A DNA stretch of 64,000 bases. Origin: Bacillota bacterium (GTDB lineage Bacteria; Bacillota; Negativicutes; JBAXTZ01). Positions 18,472 through 28,012 of this stretch are shown in pieces. The notes beneath the pieces are model-generated. The model saw nothing but the letters and a program-made list of their open reading frames with translations, was not told the DNA's origin and did no database searches. A program made the translations under genes and the position numbers. The stretch spans positions 909-64,908 of the forward strand of contig JBAXTZ010000016.1 in assembly GCA_037129925.1 (NCBI GenBank), in the 5' to 3' direction. Numbering within the stretch: position 1 is the first letter of the stretch; each line of letters starts with the position of its first letter.

Positions 18472-19379
18472 TGCCCCTCCACAAAAAGTTGCTCGGGATA
18501 TTTCCCGGCTATTACAAGTTCGGTCAGACGGTCAGTAACCAGCTGCCTATCCTGCCGGTAAGTGATCCCAAACCATTGTTCGGGTGTCGTCAGCGCTGCA
18601 ACTTCGGCGGTATTGGTGCGAATCAGCGTATCGATTGCTACCGGCAGATAGAATTCTGTCGTTGATGCATTACTATTTGCGACCAGAAATTCCCTGAACA
18701 ATAACTCCAGTTTAGCGAACACCGTCGGGGTAAAGCCCCACATGTTCATCGAAATTATTTCATCGCCGGAAAGCGCGCACTCCGCGCCGGTTTCGATATT
18801 CCGCGCGCCGCTGCTACACGGCTCGATTTTCGTCAATTCGGTCACTGCCGTCAGCTTGCCGGCCGTTATTTCACATATTCCCCGCGCCACTGTGCCATTT
18901 TCCGACAGCGTATTTTTCAGCAAAAACCCGCACATACAATATTTGCACTCATCAACGGCGGTCTTGTTGGTCAAGAACTCCGCCAGTAGCCGGTAACTTT
19001 CCGCTCCGTAAAAATCATCGGCATTAATTACCACAAACGGCTCATGCACAACCGCCGCAGCGCACAATACCGCGTGTCCGGTTCCCCATGGTTTGCTACG
19101 ACTGGTTGGCAGGGAAAAACCGTCCGGAAGCTTGTCCAGTTCCTGAAACGCGTATTCAACAGCGATTTTCCCAACGTACCGACTGCCGACCACCGCCCGG
19201 AACTGTTCTTCGATGTCTTTGCGAATAATGAACACTACCTTGGTAAATCCGGCGCGAATGGCATCAAATATCGAGTAATCCATAACTGTTTCGCCATGCG
19301 GCCCGATGGCGTCGAGCTGCTTCAAACCACCGTAGCGGCTGCCCATACCGGCCGCCATAACAACTAATGTTAGTTTCAT
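18459..19379 (-). CDS. Sugar-phosphate nucleotidyltransferase
   Basis: MAAGMGSRYGGLKQ, KPWGTGHA, INADDFYG. Confidence 0.88.
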   Translation of the reverse strand: MKLTLVVMAAGMGSRYGGLKQLDAIGPHGETVMDYSIFDAIRAGFTKVVFIIRKDIEEQFRAVVGSRYVGKIAVEYAFQELDKLPDGFSLPTSRSKPWGTGHAVLCAAAVVHEPFVVINADDFYGAESYRLLAEFLTNKTAVDECKYCMCGFLLKNTLSENGTVARGICEITAGKLTAVTELTKIEPCSSGARNIETGAECALSGDEIISMNMWGFTPTVFAKLELLFREFLVANSNASTTEFYLPVAIDTLIRTNTAEVAALTTPEQWFGITYRQDRQLVTDRLTELVIAGKYPEQLFVEGQCEY

Positions 19380-19530
19380 CGCGCCTCCAGCTTCCCATAA
19401 GCATTTTTCAATTATATTATTCGCCACAAAACAAGTTTTTCCTGCCATAGCCAACACTAACTTTCAAAAAAACAGTTTTGCTTTTGTAAAATCCTGTTAT
19501 ATGCTACAATTTTCCGGAGAGGTATTGAAA

Positions 19531-20331
19531 ATGAATTTAAGAACATTGATTTTAGTCATATTACTAATTGTCACATTTGTATTTACGAATTACAGCGGAG
19601 TTTCCTGCGCTGCCGAACGGCAAGCTGTACAGTTCGAAATGGAGAACTATTATTACAACTATAGTGAACTCAATCTGCCGATAATAGCCAATCGTCAACT
19701 CAAGAGCGATGAATACGGCTATGTTCCCGGATTTAAAATCAGCTATTTATATCAAAATTTGGAATACGGCAGTGATTACCGATTGAGTTTAAGTATCGCT
19801 AATACCAGCTTAAATTATGACGGCACAGATCAAACAGGAATACCTATGACGGGAACATCAACTGCAACATTCATGGATGCTCAAGTTTTGGCAAACTTGT
19901 ATTATTTTCAATCTATCGAACTTGCAACATACGCCGGTATCGGCTATCACAAGTGGGATCGCGGCGTGTATAATCCGCCTGGCGATAATAAATTTGTCGA
20001 AAATTACAGTTGGGGCTATATTCCCGTCGGAGTCCGCCGTGAATTCATGCTGACTAATGAACTTTCTATCGAGCCCGACGTAAGCTACCGGTTTATGTTT
20101 GCCGGGCAAATATCCATTCCGTATTATAACGCAAATTGGAATCTAGGAAATAAGTTCGGTGTGAATTTCCAGGCGCCGATTCAATATCGCTTTGACGAAT
20201 CATTTTCCGGATTGATTACGCCGTGGATCGACTACTCGGAAATTGGTGCAAGTGGCAACATAGTACCTTACGAACCATCCAGCCGCACTTGGCAGTACGG
20301 CGCCAACATTGGTGTGCGGTTGAATTTCTGA
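19531..20331 (+). CDS. Outer-membrane beta-barrel protein
   Basis: Signal peptide, aromatic-rich alternating strands, C-terminal YGANIGVRLNF (BAM-type terminal Phe). Confidence 0.75.
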   Translation: MNLRTLILVILLIVTFVFTNYSGVSCAAERQAVQFEMENYYYNYSELNLPIIANRQLKSDEYGYVPGFKISYLYQNLEYGSDYRLSLSIANTSLNYDGTDQTGIPMTGTSTATFMDAQVLANLYYFQSIELATYAGIGYHKWDRGVYNPPGDNKFVENYSWGYIPVGVRREFMLTNELSIEPDVSYRFMFAGQISIPYYNANWNLGNKFGVNFQAPIQYRFDESFSGLITPWIDYSEIGASGNIVPYEPSSRTWQYGANIGVRLNF

Positions 20332-20375
20332 GCTGAGACAAATAAATCAATTGGTGGAAGGGTTTTGTTGTAATT

Positions 20376-21536
20376 ATGGAAGACAATAATGTCGGCTACA
20401 TTTACTACAGCTTGATAATCTGCAGTCTGATTACCGCTATGGCGGCAAGTTTCATATTTTTCGGAATTATCCCCGCGGCATTGGTCTGTGTCAGCGGCAT
20501 CGCGGCGTTGGTGTTGTGGTATTTTTGCCGCACGCAATCGGAGCGGATTAACGACCGGATTTTACCTTGGTATCTATTAACGACCATTGCGCTATTGTTA
20601 AAAAACATCGAAGAATTATTGTTTGGCTATCCTGCGGCGTTCGTTCATGCCGTGCCGTCGCTCATTCCCGATGTTGCAATTTTTGACAACCAACATTATT
20701 TCGCAGTTTATTCCTGCCTGCTGACCGCTATTTTCATGCTCGGCGCGGTCGGCATCGTCCGCAAAAATCGTTTGGGCGACTACCTGACTTATTTTGTGTT
20801 TGTTTGGGCGATTTTGGACGGGGCGCTCCATTTTCTGCTGCCGCTATTTTTCGGAACTTTCAGTTATTTCCCCGGTCAGTTATTCGCGCTGATTTCACTG
20901 GTCATTGCAGCTGGCGGTTTACGAACACTGCTATCCGGACACTCAGCGCCAAAACCGCCGGCTGTGCCGGTTTGGCGCGCACCCCGGCGTAAATTCATTC
21001 CCGTAGTATTAATTTTTATCGCCTGTTTTGCGACCGCGATGTATGACCAAGCCGGATTGCGTCCGACGTTGATTGTCTGCGGCTCGATGCTCGGCGGCAT
21101 GGTTATCTGGATCAAGACGACTTTTAAGAAACCGCTGTATAGCCGCGAACTAATGCTGGCCTATCTCTGGACATTGGCGATTTTTTTCTTTCATATTACC
21201 GAAGAATATCTAACCAATTTCCCCGGACGTATCGATGGCATCTTTAATACCCAATGGACGCTCGACCAATTTGCTGTACTCATCGTTTTTGTCGGGCCGG
21301 TTTTCTGGATATTGGGAGCGGTGTTATATTACTACCATCATCCGCTCGGCGATTATCTGGTCTGGTTTATCTTTTTCGGGATGATTGTCGGCGAGCCGAC
21401 CCATTATCTGGTCTTTCCGCTGCTGGAAGGCGGACGCTTTCATTACTTTCCGGCGATGTGGACGGCACTGTTTCCGATGATACCGGCGATATACGGGGCC
21501 GCACTGCTAATTAAAGGTTATCGCAAGCAGCGCTAA
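20376..21536 (+). CDS. Membrane protein with two HXXEE domains
   Basis: Two homologous halves: KNIEELLFGYP...HFLLPL...YFPGQLFA and HITEEYLTNFP...HYLVFPL...YFPAMWTA. Confidence 0.7.
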   Translation: MEDNNVGYIYYSLIICSLITAMAASFIFFGIIPAALVCVSGIAALVLWYFCRTQSERINDRILPWYLLTTIALLLKNIEELLFGYPAAFVHAVPSLIPDVAIFDNQHYFAVYSCLLTAIFMLGAVGIVRKNRLGDYLTYFVFVWAILDGALHFLLPLFFGTFSYFPGQLFALISLVIAAGGLRTLLSGHSAPKPPAVPVWRAPRRKFIPVVLIFIACFATAMYDQAGLRPTLIVCGSMLGGMVIWIKTTFKKPLYSRELMLAYLWTLAIFFFHITEEYLTNFPGRIDGIFNTQWTLDQFAVLIVFVGPVFWILGAVLYYYHHPLGDYLVWFIFFGMIVGEPTHYLVFPLLEGGRFHYFPAMWTALFPMIPAIYGAALLIKGYRKQR

Positions 21537-21540
21537 ATAT

Positions 21541-21580
21541 AAAACACCCGCTGCCTCATAATGAAGTAGCGGGTGTTTTT
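21541..21580. terminator. Bidirectional terminator
   Basis: AAAACACCCGCT...AGCGGGTGTTTTT between convergent genes. Confidence 0.8.
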
Positions 21581-21581
21581 G

Positions 21582-22550
21582 TCATTTGGCGTTATTCCAT
21601 AATTCTTTTTTATTGACATTGGCGCAAAATACGCCATCGCATTTGCCCTCAATCAAACGCGGACATTGGCTGAAGTCTTCACGCTCGTAACAGGGTTCGC
21701 AGTGGATAACCACATCATAAGCGCCCAGTTCATCTTTGATATCTTTTTCTATATGATGGCACAGTTCATGCGCGTCCCGCAAGGTAACGTCGCGGTCAAA
21801 CACCATGTGCATATCAATGTGTTTGCTGCCGCCCGAACGGCGGGTGCGTAGTTTGTGTACCGAAACTATCTGCTGATGGCGGGCGATTAGCGCACGAATT
21901 TTCTCGTCATCTTCGGCGATATTAGCATCAATTAAATCGGAAAGGTTGGCTTTGGTCAATTTCAACCCTTCGCGAAAAATGATTAGCGCCATCGCGATTG
22001 CGATTATCGGGTCGAGAATATCCCAACCGGTAAATTTTATCAGCACTAATCCGACCAGCACCCCGCCGGATGTCCAAATATCGGCCTCATTATGCAACGC
22101 GTCTGCCTTTAGCGCCGGGGACTGGGTTTCCTCGGCAACTTTGTATAAATGTCGGGAAACAAAGATATTCGACGTAACCGATATCGCCATACAAGCCATG
22201 CCATACAGCAAATAGTCCGGTTTGCCGCCCGTCATAAGTTTTTGGACGGACTCATAGACAATCCAGATAGCAACCAGCACAATGAGTACCGACTCCACCG
22301 CCCCCGACAAATTTTCGACTTTACCATGTCCGTAATTATGGGCATCATCCGGCGGCAGCCCGGATTTTCGCACGGCAACATAAGCCATAAACGCTGCCAG
22401 TAAATCTACAAACGAGTGCGCGGCTTCGGCTACAATGCTGATAGCGCCGCTCAAAACCCCCACGACTAATTTAATAATTACCAAAGTCAGGCTGCAACAT
22501 ATCGCCACCAATGCCGCCCGGCTTTTTCTTTTTGTCACTTCAACGTTCAT
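21582..22550 (-). CDS. Cation diffusion facilitator family transporter
   Basis: [35 protein letters not shown]. Confidence 0.92.
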   Translation of the reverse strand: MNVEVTKRKSRAALVAICCSLTLVIIKLVVGVLSGAISIVAEAAHSFVDLLAAFMAYVAVRKSGLPPDDAHNYGHGKVENLSGAVESVLIVLVAIWIVYESVQKLMTGGKPDYLLYGMACMAISVTSNIFVSRHLYKVAEETQSPALKADALHNEADIWTSGGVLVGLVLIKFTGWDILDPIIAIAMALIIFREGLKLTKANLSDLIDANIAEDDEKIRALIARHQQIVSVHKLRTRRSGGSKHIDMHMVFDRDVTLRDAHELCHHIEKDIKDELGAYDVVIHCEPCYEREDFSQCPRLIEGKCDGVFCANVNKKELWNNAK

Positions 22551-23832
22551 TAGCTCTCCTTAGCGCTTGTTCAATATCGTTAATCAAATCTTCGGCATCC
22601 TCAATGCCAATCGACAGTCTTATCAATCCGGGCGTAACACCGGCGGCCAACTGCTGCTCCTGATTCAATTGAGCATGGGTGGTGCTGGCCGGGTGAATGA
22701 CCAGCGACTTGGCATCAGCGACGTTTGCCAGATGGGTAAACAGTTCCAGACTATCGATAAACCGCTTGCCGGCTTCCAAGCCCCCAACTATTTCAAAAGT
22801 GAATATTGAGCCGGCGCCTTTGGGCAGATATTTTTCCGCCAATTGGTAATAGCGGTTTTCCGGCAGCGACGGATAATTTACCGACTGCACTAGCGGATTA
22901 CTTGCCAAATAGCTGGCAATGGTTTTGGCGTTTTCAACGTGCCTAGCAACTCGGAGCGACAGCGTTTCCAAACCTTGCAGCAGCAAAAATGAATTAAACG
23001 GACTGATACAGGCACCGGTATCGCGGAGCAGTTGCACCCGCACTTTGGTGATATAGGCAGCCTTGCCGCAATCATTGGCATAGCTGATGCCGTGGTAACT
23101 CGGGTCGGGATTGACCATATCCGGGAACCGTCCGCTTGCCGCCCAATCAAATCGTCCTGAATCAACGATAATTCCGCCGATTGACGTGCCATGTCCGCCG
23201 ATGAATTTTGTAGCGGAGTGAATAATGATGTCAGCGCCAAACTCAAACGGACGGATGAGATAAGGGGTGCCGAATGTGTTATCGATAATCAGCGGCAAGC
23301 CGTTTTGGTGGGCAATATCCGCCACTGCCGCGATATCAATAAGATTAATCCCCGGGTTACCAATTGTTTCAATATAAATAGCTTTGGTGTGTTCATTGAT
23401 TGACATCGCAAAATTATCCGGGCGGTCCGGATTGACAAAATGCACTTTTATACCCATTTTCGGCAATACGTGCTGAAATAAATTGTAAGTACCGCCATAC
23501 AGAGTGCTTGCCGAAATTATCTCGTCGCCGCAACTGGCGATATTTAGTATCGCATAAGTAACCGCCGCCGAACCGGAAGCAACTGCCAGCGCCCCGACAC
23601 CGCCTTCAAGCGCGGCTACCCGTTTTTCCAGGACATCGGTGGTCGGGTTCATTATCCGGGTATAAATATTGCCGCTTTCCTTCAACGCAAATAGATTGGC
23701 GGCGTGTTCGACGCTGTTGAACGCGTAGGACGTGGTCTGATAGATTGGCACGGCCCTGGCTCCGGTCGTCGGGTCAACTTGCTGCCCGGCATGGACTTGC
23801 AAAGTATCAAATTTATATTGTTTATTACTCAT
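22540..23832 (-). CDS. metY: O-acetylhomoserine aminocarboxypropyltransferase (sulfhydrylase)
   Basis: [49 protein letters not shown]; RBS GAGGTG before ATG 23832. Confidence 0.92.
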   Translation of the reverse strand: MSNKQYKFDTLQVHAGQQVDPTTGARAVPIYQTTSYAFNSVEHAANLFALKESGNIYTRIMNPTTDVLEKRVAALEGGVGALAVASGSAAVTYAILNIASCGDEIISASTLYGGTYNLFQHVLPKMGIKVHFVNPDRPDNFAMSINEHTKAIYIETIGNPGINLIDIAAVADIAHQNGLPLIIDNTFGTPYLIRPFEFGADIIIHSATKFIGGHGTSIGGIIVDSGRFDWAASGRFPDMVNPDPSYHGISYANDCGKAAYITKVRVQLLRDTGACISPFNSFLLLQGLETLSLRVARHVENAKTIASYLASNPLVQSVNYPSLPENRYYQLAEKYLPKGAGSIFTFEIVGGLEAGKRFIDSLELFTHLANVADAKSLVIHPASTTHAQLNQEQQLAAGVTPGLIRLSIGIEDAEDLINDIEQALRRANER

Positions 23833-23882
23833 AATTTTCACCTCTATTTATTTTATATTACCAGCTATTCGTAATGTTCATC

Positions 23883-23912
23883 AAAAAGAGACATAGCTAT
23901 GCTATGTCTCTT
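23883..23912 (-). terminator. Attenuator terminator in the metY leader
   Basis: AAGAGACATAGC-ATA-GCTATGTCTCTT then TTT, about 50 nt upstream of the metY start. Confidence 0.8.
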
Positions 23913-23960
23913 GCCCGGAAACGGTATTGGCGTACACACCAAGATACCCGTTTCCGGGCA
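23912..23960 (-). promoter_or_regulatory. Leader hairpin directly after the leader-peptide stop
   Basis: TGCCCGGAAACGG...CCGTTTCCGGGCA 13-bp perfect stem. Confidence 0.75.
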
Positions 23961-24038
23961 TCACATCATCATATCAATAATAATCAACACTGACCTGAAA
24001 CCATCAAAAGAGCCCATGCAACAATATCGGTCATTCAT
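23961..24038 (-). CDS. Putative metY leader peptide MNDRYCCMGSFDGFRSVLIIIDMMM (25 aa)
   Basis: Strong RBS AAAGGAG, ATG at 24038, Cys-Cys-Met and terminal Met-Met-Met, stop immediately before the hairpin pair. Confidence 0.75.
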   Translation of the reverse strand: MNDRYCCMGSFDGFRSVLIIIDMMM

Positions 24039-24068
24039 GCCAATGCTCCTTTCACAGTTTATAGGCTA

Positions 24069-24097
24069 ATTCTAGCCGATTAACCAGCGGCTGTCAA
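24069..24097 (-). promoter_or_regulatory. SigA promoter of the leader-metY transcript
   Basis: TTGACA-17 bp-TAGAAT. Confidence 0.8.
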
Positions 24098-24103
24098 TTA
24101 TTA

Positions 24104-24583
24104 TCAGTTGACCGGCCCGGCGCGTTCAATTACCGGCGCAAACAACATTCCGCCGATTACCCCAACAATCGCTTGGGCGATATTTCCGTAGAGTGCCGTT
24201 ATGAACCCCGCCCAGCCGTATATCTCCAGTGTGACTGTTTGGTACAATACAATCATAATAATGCCGCCCACCGTCATTGCCAAGATTTTGCGTAAGCGTG
24301 AAGATTGACGATTGGCAATCAAACCGACCAAATAGCCTTGCAACCCATGGATAACAAAGCTAAACGGCGCCCAGATAAAATAGCCGCCTAACACATCAGC
24401 CATCGCTGTTCCAAAAGCGCCGCAAACCATACCGGCACGCCGGCTATGTCCGACAGCAACCGCCATGATTAAGGCATCGCCCAAGTGCGCGTAGCCGTTG
24501 AAAGTAGGAATCTTTAACACTGCCGTTGCCAGCAACACTAGCGCGGTCAGCAAAGCGTACAGGGCAATATCTCTCGTCCGCAT
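24104..24583 (-). CDS. ECF transporter S component
   Basis: GYAHLGDALI, GAFGTAMADVLGGYFIWAPFSFVIHG; about 5-6 TM segments. Confidence 0.88.
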   Translation of the reverse strand: MRTRDIALYALLTALVLLATAVLKIPTFNGYAHLGDALIMAVAVGHSRRAGMVCGAFGTAMADVLGGYFIWAPFSFVIHGLQGYLVGLIANRQSSRLRKILAMTVGGIIMIVLYQTVTLEIYGWAGFITALYGNIAQAIVGVIGGMLFAPVIERAGPVN

Positions 24584-24619
24584 AACGTCCTCCTGGTACT
24601 TACCCGTTTATTGTATCGC

Positions 24620-24659
24620 AAAAAAATAAAAACAGCAAACAGCGCGAGCCGTTTGCTGT
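24620..24659 (-). terminator. Intrinsic terminator
   Basis: ACAGCAAAC/GTTTGCTGT stem plus T-run after the SBP gene. Confidence 0.65.
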
Positions 24660-24665
24660 AATTTT

Positions 24666-26132
24666 TTACTTCTTGGTCTTATTCCATTCATCCAGTTGCT
24701 TTTGCACTTCAGCAAGCAATTTATCAAGGCCAGCGGCCTTTAGCTTGGCGTTCATTTCCGGCAACGCCGTCTGATAATCCACCATACCCATCGCGATGGT
24801 TGGATAATACTGCTCCATCACGTTCTTGAGCGCGGATATTTCGGCGTTTACCGGCTGCGGGTCAAAGACGAATCCTAATGCCGGTGAAGGCACAACCGTG
24901 GTGTTGAATTCGGCAAATTTTTTCCATTTATCTACCGGTTCATTATCCATTACATAATTGATGAACATATTGCCCATCTCCCAATCCGGCATCGAATAGT
25001 TTTCTTCTCCAGCCTGTGTCCGCTTGATTTGATTTTCGCCAATTTTGGTATAGTGTTCACCTTCAATACCAAACACCAGCAAATTATGCAGATAGGAGTC
25101 GGTGTTCATCAGATTGATAAACTTCATCGCCCGCGCCGGATTTTTGCTGTTGACATTTATCGCGGTCATCGAGTCCATCAACATACCGGTGGTACAAGTG
25201 GGCGTTGTCGATACCGCTGAAGCCAGCAGCGGCATCTTGTAAGATTGCTCGCGCCACAGATCGCCGTAAGGCGGGAACGGTTCGACGCAAGTAAGCAATT
25301 TCCCCGTTTGAAAGTCCTTACGGTTGTTTTCTGTCGGAATGGCTTTGTAAGTATAGCCTTTCAAGTATGCCTCACGCAAATCTTTGAAAGCCTCCAAATA
25401 TTCTGCCGATTCAAATTGATTAATAACCTTGCCAGATTTGTCGCTCAACTTAATCGCTCCGGGAATTCCCGATTCAATCAAATAGTCGAAGCACTCGGAC
25501 ATTTCAACGGATGTGCCGTTTCTAAACGCCACTTTCCCGGGATTATCGGCTTTATATTTTTCAAACAACGGGAACCAGTCGCGGAGCTTTTTGCCCGGAC
25601 CATAATCAAACGGATATTTCACCGTGGTGTTTTTGTTAAAGTAATAGGCATTGCGCGCGCCAAAATCCTTGTTGGTCGGTACGGCATAATTTACCCCTTT
25701 AATTTTCGTGCCGTTCCAAGCCATTTCCGGTAGCGCCTTTTTCATTTCGGCGCCATATTGGTTCAACATATCATCTAGTGGCATAAACATGCCATTTTGC
25801 GCGTTGCGAGCGTAGTTGTTTGCCCAAATCGAGGTGAACACCAAATCATAGTCGTCACCGCCATGGGTCATCGCTGTGACTTTCTGATCGTAATCGCCGA
25901 TTGGGATAAACATGATCTCGATTTTACAATTTAGCTTGTCCTTTAGATACTCATTAGCCTTGGCAGTTACTTTGGCTAAGTCTTTCGGTGAACCTTCAAA
26001 AGTTAACATAATCCATTTGAGCGTGACTTCTTTAGAGGTATCATCTTCGAGGTTGGCTTTACTGCCACCGCAACCGCTGAGAACCAGTGTCAGCAAAAAT
26101 ACTGCTAAAACAAGCCAGGTAAATTTTTTCAT
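24666..26132 (-). CDS. Carbohydrate ABC transporter solute-binding lipoprotein (DUF3502), paralogue of 10600-12087
   Basis: Lipobox LSGC; LGFVFDPQPVNAEISALKN..KLKAAGLDKLLAEVQKQLDEW. Confidence 0.85.
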   Translation of the reverse strand: MKKFTWLVLAVFLLTLVLSGCGGSKANLEDDTSKEVTLKWIMLTFEGSPKDLAKVTAKANEYLKDKLNCKIEIMFIPIGDYDQKVTAMTHGGDDYDLVFTSIWANNYARNAQNGMFMPLDDMLNQYGAEMKKALPEMAWNGTKIKGVNYAVPTNKDFGARNAYYFNKNTTVKYPFDYGPGKKLRDWFPLFEKYKADNPGKVAFRNGTSVEMSECFDYLIESGIPGAIKLSDKSGKVINQFESAEYLEAFKDLREAYLKGYTYKAIPTENNRKDFQTGKLLTCVEPFPPYGDLWREQSYKMPLLASAVSTTPTCTTGMLMDSMTAINVNSKNPARAMKFINLMNTDSYLHNLLVFGIEGEHYTKIGENQIKRTQAGEENYSMPDWEMGNMFINYVMDNEPVDKWKKFAEFNTTVVPSPALGFVFDPQPVNAEISALKNVMEQYYPTIAMGMVDYQTALPEMNAKLKAAGLDKLLAEVQKQLDEWNKTKK

Positions 26133-26193
26133 CCGCTCTCCTTTTACAATAAAGAGCGCTAGCTTTGCTGAGCGCTCTTATATTGGTAAACAA

Positions 26194-27915
26194 TTACTTT
26201 ACTTCGCGTTTTTGCCAGTGGAAATGGGTGTGGAGTAACTCATGGGCTTTATGCCCATTTGGCTCACCGAGAAATTCTTCATAAATCTTCTTGATATACG
26301 GATTGTCTTGCGGTTTGCGAATTATTTTTTCACTATCCGCTTGATATATCGCGTCCATCCGCTTTTGGCGCATACTGGCATTTACCGGAATCGGTTGACC
26401 GCCGCCGCCCAGACAGCCGCCCGGGCAAGCCATGATTTCGATGAAGGCATACGGGCTTTCACCGCTCTTAATCTGTTCCATCAAAATCCGCGCCGCGCCC
26501 AAAGTATTGGCCGCCGCTACTTTTAGTTTCAAACCGCCAGCTTCTACTTCGGCTTCTTTAATCCGTTGCATACCACGAACGGCTTTATAGTCTACATTTT
26601 CAACATAGGTGCCGGTAATTTTATCTACCGCGAAACGCAACGCCGCTTCCATAACGCCGCCGCTCGCCGCGAAAATCAATCCGCCGCCGCTAGAGGCTCC
26701 TAACGGATTGTCAAACGTCTCGTCGTCTAACTCGGCAAACTGAATCCCCGCCGCCCGAATCATGCGTGCAGTTTCCCTAGTGGTGATAACTGCGTCAACA
26801 TCTCTAAACCCGCTCGAGTTCATTTCCGGACGAGCTGCCTCAAATTTCTTGGCTGTGCAGCAAGCGGAGAAGACCACATAGATGCTGGCTGGATCAATAC
26901 CGTTTTTCTCAGCATAATAAGTTTTGATGAGTGCGCCCATCATTTGCGCCGGCGATTTCGCGCTCGATAAATGCGGCAACAATTCTGGATAGTGAACTTC
27001 AATGAAATTAACCCAACCCGGGCTGCAAGAAGTTATTTGCGGTAATTTTCCGCCGGTCGTAACCCGATTAATCAACTCCGTGCCTTCTTCGATAATCGTC
27101 AAATCGGCAGTAAAGTTAGCATCAAATACTTGGTCAAAACCCAACCGCCGTAACGCGGCAACCATCTTTCCTTCGCACAGACCGTTTTCCAGCCCAAATT
27201 CTTCGCCGATTGCCGACCGTACTGACGGCGCGGTAAAGATAATCACGTGCTTATCCGGATTTCCCAGTTCTGCCCAAACTGCTTCAGTGTCATCTTTTTC
27301 GGTAATCGCCGCTGTCGGACAAACCGACGAACACTGACCGCAGAAAGTACAAGCAGCTTCGCCTAAACCAACATTAAATGCCGGACTGACGATTGTATCA
27401 AACCCGCGATGGGTAAATGAATAACAATTGACGTTTTGGATCTCGCTGCACATTCTGATGCAACGACCGCAGAGAATACATTTGTTCGGATCACGCACCA
27501 GACTCGGATTTGAATGATCCATCGCCGCGTTGCGCTGTGCGCCTTGGAACGGAACTTCGCGAATGCCATAGTCCGCGGCCAACTGTTGCAGCTCGCAATC
27601 GTGGTTACGGATACACTTTAGGCAATCAGTCGGATGATTAGCCAGTAGCAACTCGATGACTGTTTTACGAGCCTCACGGACATCGCCGGTATTAGTATGA
27701 ACTTCCATGCCTTCGGCAACCGGATACACGCACGAAGCGACCGGACCGCGCGCTCCTTTAACTTCGACCATACAAACCCGGCAAGCGCCTTCCGGACGTA
27801 ATTCCGGATGATAACACAATCGGGGTATTTTGACGCCGATTAAATCAGCCGCTTCCAATATCGTAGTACCAGGTACTACAGAAATGCTATGACCGTCAAT
27901 TTTAAGATTTATCAT
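26194..27915 (-). CDS. hydA: [FeFe]-hydrogenase catalytic subunit, group A, with N-terminal 2Fe-2S, His-ligated 4Fe-4S and 2x4Fe-4S domains
   Basis: CYH..CRVC, H..DC..C....C, CILCGRC / CTFCGQC; H-cluster motifs TSCSPGW, ACCTAKKFE, EIMACPGGCLGGGGQP. Confidence 0.92.
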   Translation of the reverse strand: MINLKIDGHSISVVPGTTILEAADLIGVKIPRLCYHPELRPEGACRVCMVEVKGARGPVASCVYPVAEGMEVHTNTGDVREARKTVIELLLANHPTDCLKCIRNHDCELQQLAADYGIREVPFQGAQRNAAMDHSNPSLVRDPNKCILCGRCIRMCSEIQNVNCYSFTHRGFDTIVSPAFNVGLGEAACTFCGQCSSVCPTAAITEKDDTEAVWAELGNPDKHVIIFTAPSVRSAIGEEFGLENGLCEGKMVAALRRLGFDQVFDANFTADLTIIEEGTELINRVTTGGKLPQITSCSPGWVNFIEVHYPELLPHLSSAKSPAQMMGALIKTYYAEKNGIDPASIYVVFSACCTAKKFEAARPEMNSSGFRDVDAVITTRETARMIRAAGIQFAELDDETFDNPLGASSGGGLIFAASGGVMEAALRFAVDKITGTYVENVDYKAVRGMQRIKEAEVEAGGLKLKVAAANTLGAARILMEQIKSGESPYAFIEIMACPGGCLGGGGQPIPVNASMRQKRMDAIYQADSEKIIRKPQDNPYIKKIYEEFLGEPNGHKAHELLHTHFHWQKREVK

Positions 27916-28012
27916 TCAAGCCTCCAGATTTTTTATCCTCATCATTTTACCACATTGTTAGCATTATCAAAACAAAATTTGACTGAACGCTATATTTTTC
28001 AACACCAGCAAT

